Source: a virus (lineage: Duplodnaviria; Heunggongvirae; Uroviricota; Caudoviricetes). Taken from it: a stretch of 64,000 nucleotides of DNA. Below the pieces are notes generated by a model. That model did not search any database. It was not told the DNA's origin and saw nothing but the letters and a program-made list of their open reading frames with translations. How positions within the stretch are numbered: position 1 is the first letter of the stretch; every line of letters begins with the position of its first letter. The DNA lies in IMG/VR virus record IMGVR_UViG_3300046462_000479; one strand, given 5' to 3'. Both the position numbers and the translations under genes were made by a program. Below are positions 61,024 through 64,000 of the stretch, piece after piece.

Positions 61024-62014
61024 CGAGCACGCTTTTCGCCCTCGACTGTGCCGTGCGGGCCTCCCGCACGAACGCTTCCAGCTCTTCCGGGTCTGACGTT
61101 TCTAGCGCCTGTTTGGCCCGCTCGCTCACTGTCCGCAGTTCTGCTTTCGTCATCGTTTCCAGTGGCGGCATGATCGTGAAGCACTCAATGAGCGCCTGGT
61201 TGGTCTGGGCGATGATGTCCAGGTATTCGCCCGCACGGTCGCCGACCTCGACCAGACCGTCGAATCCGTCCACGACACCGGCGAGAACGTCGAGCAGGTC
61301 GCGCAGTTCTTCTTGCGGGTCGGGCGGAACAGGCAGACATGAGGTCAGAAACGATTCCGTCTGCATGAACTTGTGAATGTCGTCGGCGTACAGTGTTTCG
61401 CTTTGGCCTTTGTCGATCACCCAGACGGACGCTTTGGTGAAGTGGTGGTCGAAGTCGTACCGGTAGAGGTCGCCGTATTGGCGGGCGACACGGATCATCT
61501 CTCTGACGCTGTAGGTGTGGTGGATGAACTCGCCTACCTGTTCGATTGTCTGGCCTTCCCAGGAGGGACGGATGAACCAGCTGACCACAACGAATTCGCG
61601 TGCCGCCCGACACAGGTTGTGGAGCGCCCTTTCTCCGTCTTCGACGTGTTCGAGCAGATGGCGGACGTAGACGATGTCGGCTGTCTCTAGTTCGTCCATG
61701 TCGAACAGGTCGACGACGTCGAAGGTCAGGTCCGGGTACTGCTCTTTGCAGTAGTTGACGAACCGAGGCGTGAAGTCGTAGCCGGTGTAGCCGATCCTGA
61801 CCGCTTCTCCCGGTTCGAAGCCTTTGATTTCGATGCCGGTGCCGCATCCAACTTCGAGGAAGCTGGACGGGCGGGCGCGGCTGACGATCAGCCGGAGGAT
61901 GCGCCTGTCGGGCGCGTCGGGTCCCTGTCCTATCCCCCAGCGGCCAAGTTCTGTTTCATCGGGCTGGCTGAGGAACGTTTCTGCGTCGAGTTTCGACCAG
62001 GGCGTGTTAGGCAT
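61010..62014 (-). CDS. class I SAM-dependent methyltransferase
   Basis: FLEVGCGTGIE motif I; DIVYVRHLLEHV. Confidence 0.7.
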   Translation of the reverse strand: MPNTPWSKLDAETFLSQPDETELGRWGIGQGPDAPDRRILRLIVSRARPSSFLEVGCGTGIEIKGFEPGEAVRIGYTGYDFTPRFVNYCKEQYPDLTFDVVDLFDMDELETADIVYVRHLLEHVEDGERALHNLCRAAREFVVVSWFIRPSWEGQTIEQVGEFIHHTYSVREMIRVARQYGDLYRYDFDHHFTKASVWVIDKGQSETLYADDIHKFMQTESFLTSCLPVPPDPQEELRDLLDVLAGVVDGFDGLVEVGDRAGEYLDIIAQTNQALIECFTIMPPLETMTKAELRTVSERAKQALETSDPEELEAFVREARTAQSRAKSVLDEAG

Positions 62015-62783
62015 GGTGTCTCCGCATCTCTGCTACCAGCTGGCCGCGGTTGGATTCGGCACGGGCGAGCATCCCTTCCGGGTTAGTGGAGTAGTGGAAC
62101 AGGACCTCGTTGACGGCGGCGAAGCGGGTGCCGCGCCGCATCAGGTCGATCCACAGGTCCCAGTCTTCGTAGCCGCCGTGGACGCCAGGCCAGCCTGCCA
62201 TGGCGGGATGGTATCCGCCGCAGTCTCTGAGGATCTGGGTGCGGAACAGGCTGCAGTAGAAGTAGCGGTTGTAGCCCCAGAGGACCTCTTCGTCGACTTC
62301 GTTGTAGGGGCGGTCGTAGCCGGGCATGTAGGTGCCGTTGCGGGTGGGCCCATGTTCTTGTAGGCCGGTGAGGACAACGTCGGCGTCTTGCAACAGGGGC
62401 AGCGTCTTCTCGATGTAGGTCTCTTCGAGCCAGTCGTCTGCGTCTAGGGGCAGGAAGGCGAGGCTGCGGGTGTTCATCAGGCCGGTGTTGCGGGCCGAGG
62501 GGAGGCCGCGGTTGTTGGTGCGGACGATCTTGACGGGCGTGATCGTGCTGAGACAGTTGACCGGTTCGAGGCTGCCGTCGTCGACGAGGATCACTTCGAC
62601 CGGCATCACGGTCTGTCTGAGCGCCGAGTCTAGGGCCCGTTGCAGCTGGCCGAGTTCGACGTTGTAGCAGGGGATGCAGACTGTCACCCCTTCTTCTAGC
62701 CGATGCAGTTTGTCCAGCGCCTGGTCGCGTTCCACGATCGTCTGGTACTGGTCGGTGCTCATAAACGCCTGGGTGATGCTCAT
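62007..62783 (-). CDS. family-2 glycosyltransferase (258 aa from the internal ATG)
   Basis: VCIPCYNVELGQLQRALDSALRQT...VILVDDGS. Confidence 0.7.
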   Translation of the reverse strand: MSITQAFMSTDQYQTIVERDQALDKLHRLEEGVTVCIPCYNVELGQLQRALDSALRQTVMPVEVILVDDGSLEPVNCLSTITPVKIVRTNNRGLPSARNTGLMNTRSLAFLPLDADDWLEETYIEKTLPLLQDADVVLTGLQEHGPTRNGTYMPGYDRPYNEVDEEVLWGYNRYFYCSLFRTQILRDCGGYHPAMAGWPGVHGGYEDWDLWIDLMRRGTRFAAVNEVLFHYSTNPEGMLARAESNRGQLVAEMRRHHA

Positions 62784-63742
62784 GTCCAACCCAGAGAGGA
62801 GAAGTTGTTGTTGTAGATCATTTCCTTCCAGTCCGGCTCGTGTACCCAGTAGTGGGTGGCGTTGAGCGGGATTGCTTTGTGCAGCCATTGCACAGATTCC
62901 ATGTGTTTGTCCTCTCCGCCGAGGCCCATCTGGTAGCCCCAGCTGACGATGAACGAGTTGATGCACAGGTCGTTGTTTTCGTTGGTGGGTGCCGCCAGCA
63001 GGGTCTGGAACGCTTGTTCTCTGTCGTCTTGGAAGTTGATCCAGAAGTCAGCCATCCATGTTCTTCCCCAGCTGCCGATGCCGGGCTGTCTGACGATGTA
63101 GATGCTGTTTTCCTCGGTCGGGTTAAAGATGTTGGAGTACCAGTCCAGGTGCATGGCGTCGAATGGGGGGCCGCAGCGTATGGTGTTCATCTGCAGCCTG
63201 CGATGTTCTGGTCCGGCCGGGAAGACATGGAAGGTGGTGTCGATCGGCCAGTGGCCGTAGGGGATCGTTCCCAGCCATTCCATCGTGTTTTTGTACAGGA
63301 GCCGGGTTTGGGTGGCGAGCACCATGCTGCGTAGCGGGTAGCCGTAGGGGATCTTGTCGTTGACGCGGGTGTGGGGCCCGACAGCACAACCGGTTTTCTT
63401 GGCTACGGCCATGTAGGCGGCAAAGGCGCGGCTGCTGGCGCCTTCGAAGCAGATGTCGGCGTCTGTGACCGCATACCAGTTGTGCGAGTCTCGGTATTGG
63501 TCTTTGAGAGCGATGTTGTAGTTGTCGGTGAGGGCGGGCATGGAGTCGACTTTTCCCAGCTGGTACACCTTTTTCACTTCTGGGAGCTGTTCGACTTTGT
63601 CGAGTAGACGCAGACAGTCGGGATGGTCGGTTCCGTTGTCGACGATGACCAGCTGGTAGAGCATCTTCATGTGCCGGAACGAGTTGATTGTCCGGGCGAG
63701 CGTGTCCAGCCGGTTGTAGGTGCCGAGGAAGACGGTCAGCAT
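62780..63742 (-). CDS. family-2 glycosyltransferase (320 aa)
   Basis: VFLGTYNRLDTLARTINS...LVIVDNGT. Confidence 0.7.
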   Translation of the reverse strand: MLTVFLGTYNRLDTLARTINSFRHMKMLYQLVIVDNGTDHPDCLRLLDKVEQLPEVKKVYQLGKVDSMPALTDNYNIALKDQYRDSHNWYAVTDADICFEGASSRAFAAYMAVAKKTGCAVGPHTRVNDKIPYGYPLRSMVLATQTRLLYKNTMEWLGTIPYGHWPIDTTFHVFPAGPEHRRLQMNTIRCGPPFDAMHLDWYSNIFNPTEENSIYIVRQPGIGSWGRTWMADFWINFQDDREQAFQTLLAAPTNENNDLCINSFIVSWGYQMGLGGEDKHMESVQWLHKAIPLNATHYWVHEPDWKEMIYNNNFSSLGWT

Positions 63743-63960
63743 TAGAGCGTGTCTAGCATCCTCGATAGCAGCATGTCGCGGCCGTCCTGGTCTGGAACGT
63801 CTTTCCAGTGGCTGGCGTTGGTGAAGTGGATCCAGTCGCCCAGCTTTTCGATCCCCCAGGATTGGAGGCCGTGTTCGTCGGGTTCGCGGACGGGCATGTA
63901 GCCGTGCTCGACCGTCCAGAGCAGCTGCCAGTCTTCTTCGCTGAACAGCGGCCAGTTCAT
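63742..63960 (-). CDS. hypothetical protein (72 aa or longer; the frame stays open to the window edge)
   Basis: ORF track. Confidence 0.4.
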   Translation of the reverse strand: MNWPLFSEEDWQLLWTVEHGYMPVREPDEHGLQSWGIEKLGDWIHFTNASHWKDVPDQDGRDMLLSRMLDTL

Positions 63961-64000
63961 GCTGCCGCAGTCTCCGTCGTCGCGTTTGTGTTCGCCGCGG

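Noticed and set aside
1-64000. Search for integrase, immunity repressor/attP, rRNA and transposases
   Set aside because: No tyrosine or serine recombinase, transposase or rRNA-like sequence was recognised. The XRE-family HTH protein alone does not establish a temperate lifestyle.

Overview
This window is a high-GC (roughly 63-66% by eye) double-stranded DNA tailed phage genome, probably most of a ~70-kb siphovirus-type actinobacteriophage, seen in reverse-complement of the usual map orientation. No rRNA, convincing tRNA, CRISPR array, integrase or transposase was found. Coordinates I derived by reading the sequence can be off by 1-2 nt; coordinates taken from the ORF track are exact.

Layout:
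- 1 to 28.6 kb: about 60 mostly small rightward (+) early or non-structural genes. Recognisable products include a C5-cytosine DNA methyltransferase, an XRE-family HTH protein, a LuxR-family HTH protein, ribbon-helix-helix (RHH) proteins, a Ku homolog, an SSB-like protein, a Cas4-like nuclease, an HNH endonuclease, two ParB-like proteins, an AAA+ ATPase, an SPFH/band-7 protein, a SLOG-family protein, a secreted Rpf-like protein and an NlpC/P60 peptidase.
- 28.6 to 64 kb: a leftward (-) virion and lysis block, listed here in transcription order. It starts with a glycosyltransferase/methyltransferase module, then the portal, a prohead-protease fusion, scaffold and major capsid protein. A ~12-kb accessory module follows (methyltransferase, glycosyltransferases, secreted and lectin-like proteins, and a 1513-aa protein with about 22 tandem Arg/Pro-rich repeats). 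The neck genes come next, then two paralogous major-tail-like genes and the tail chaperones G and GT with a -1 frameshift. A 1304-aa tape measure, a minimal tail tip and the lysis region complete the block.

The dominant signal is about 26 copies of a perfect 16-bp palindrome, GTGTGACATGTCACAC. It almost always sits 10-40 nt upstream of a start codon, or its central ATG is itself the start codon. 21 copies lie in the early region and 3 sit at key virion genes. A separate family of strong host-type promoters (TTGAnC-N18-TATA(C/A)T with C-rich spacers) is also present.

From memory, the overall picture (dyad repeats, Ku, virion glycosyltransferases, ~70 kb, high GC) resembles Cluster O (Corndog-like) mycobacteriophages. 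That cannot be verified without a database search.
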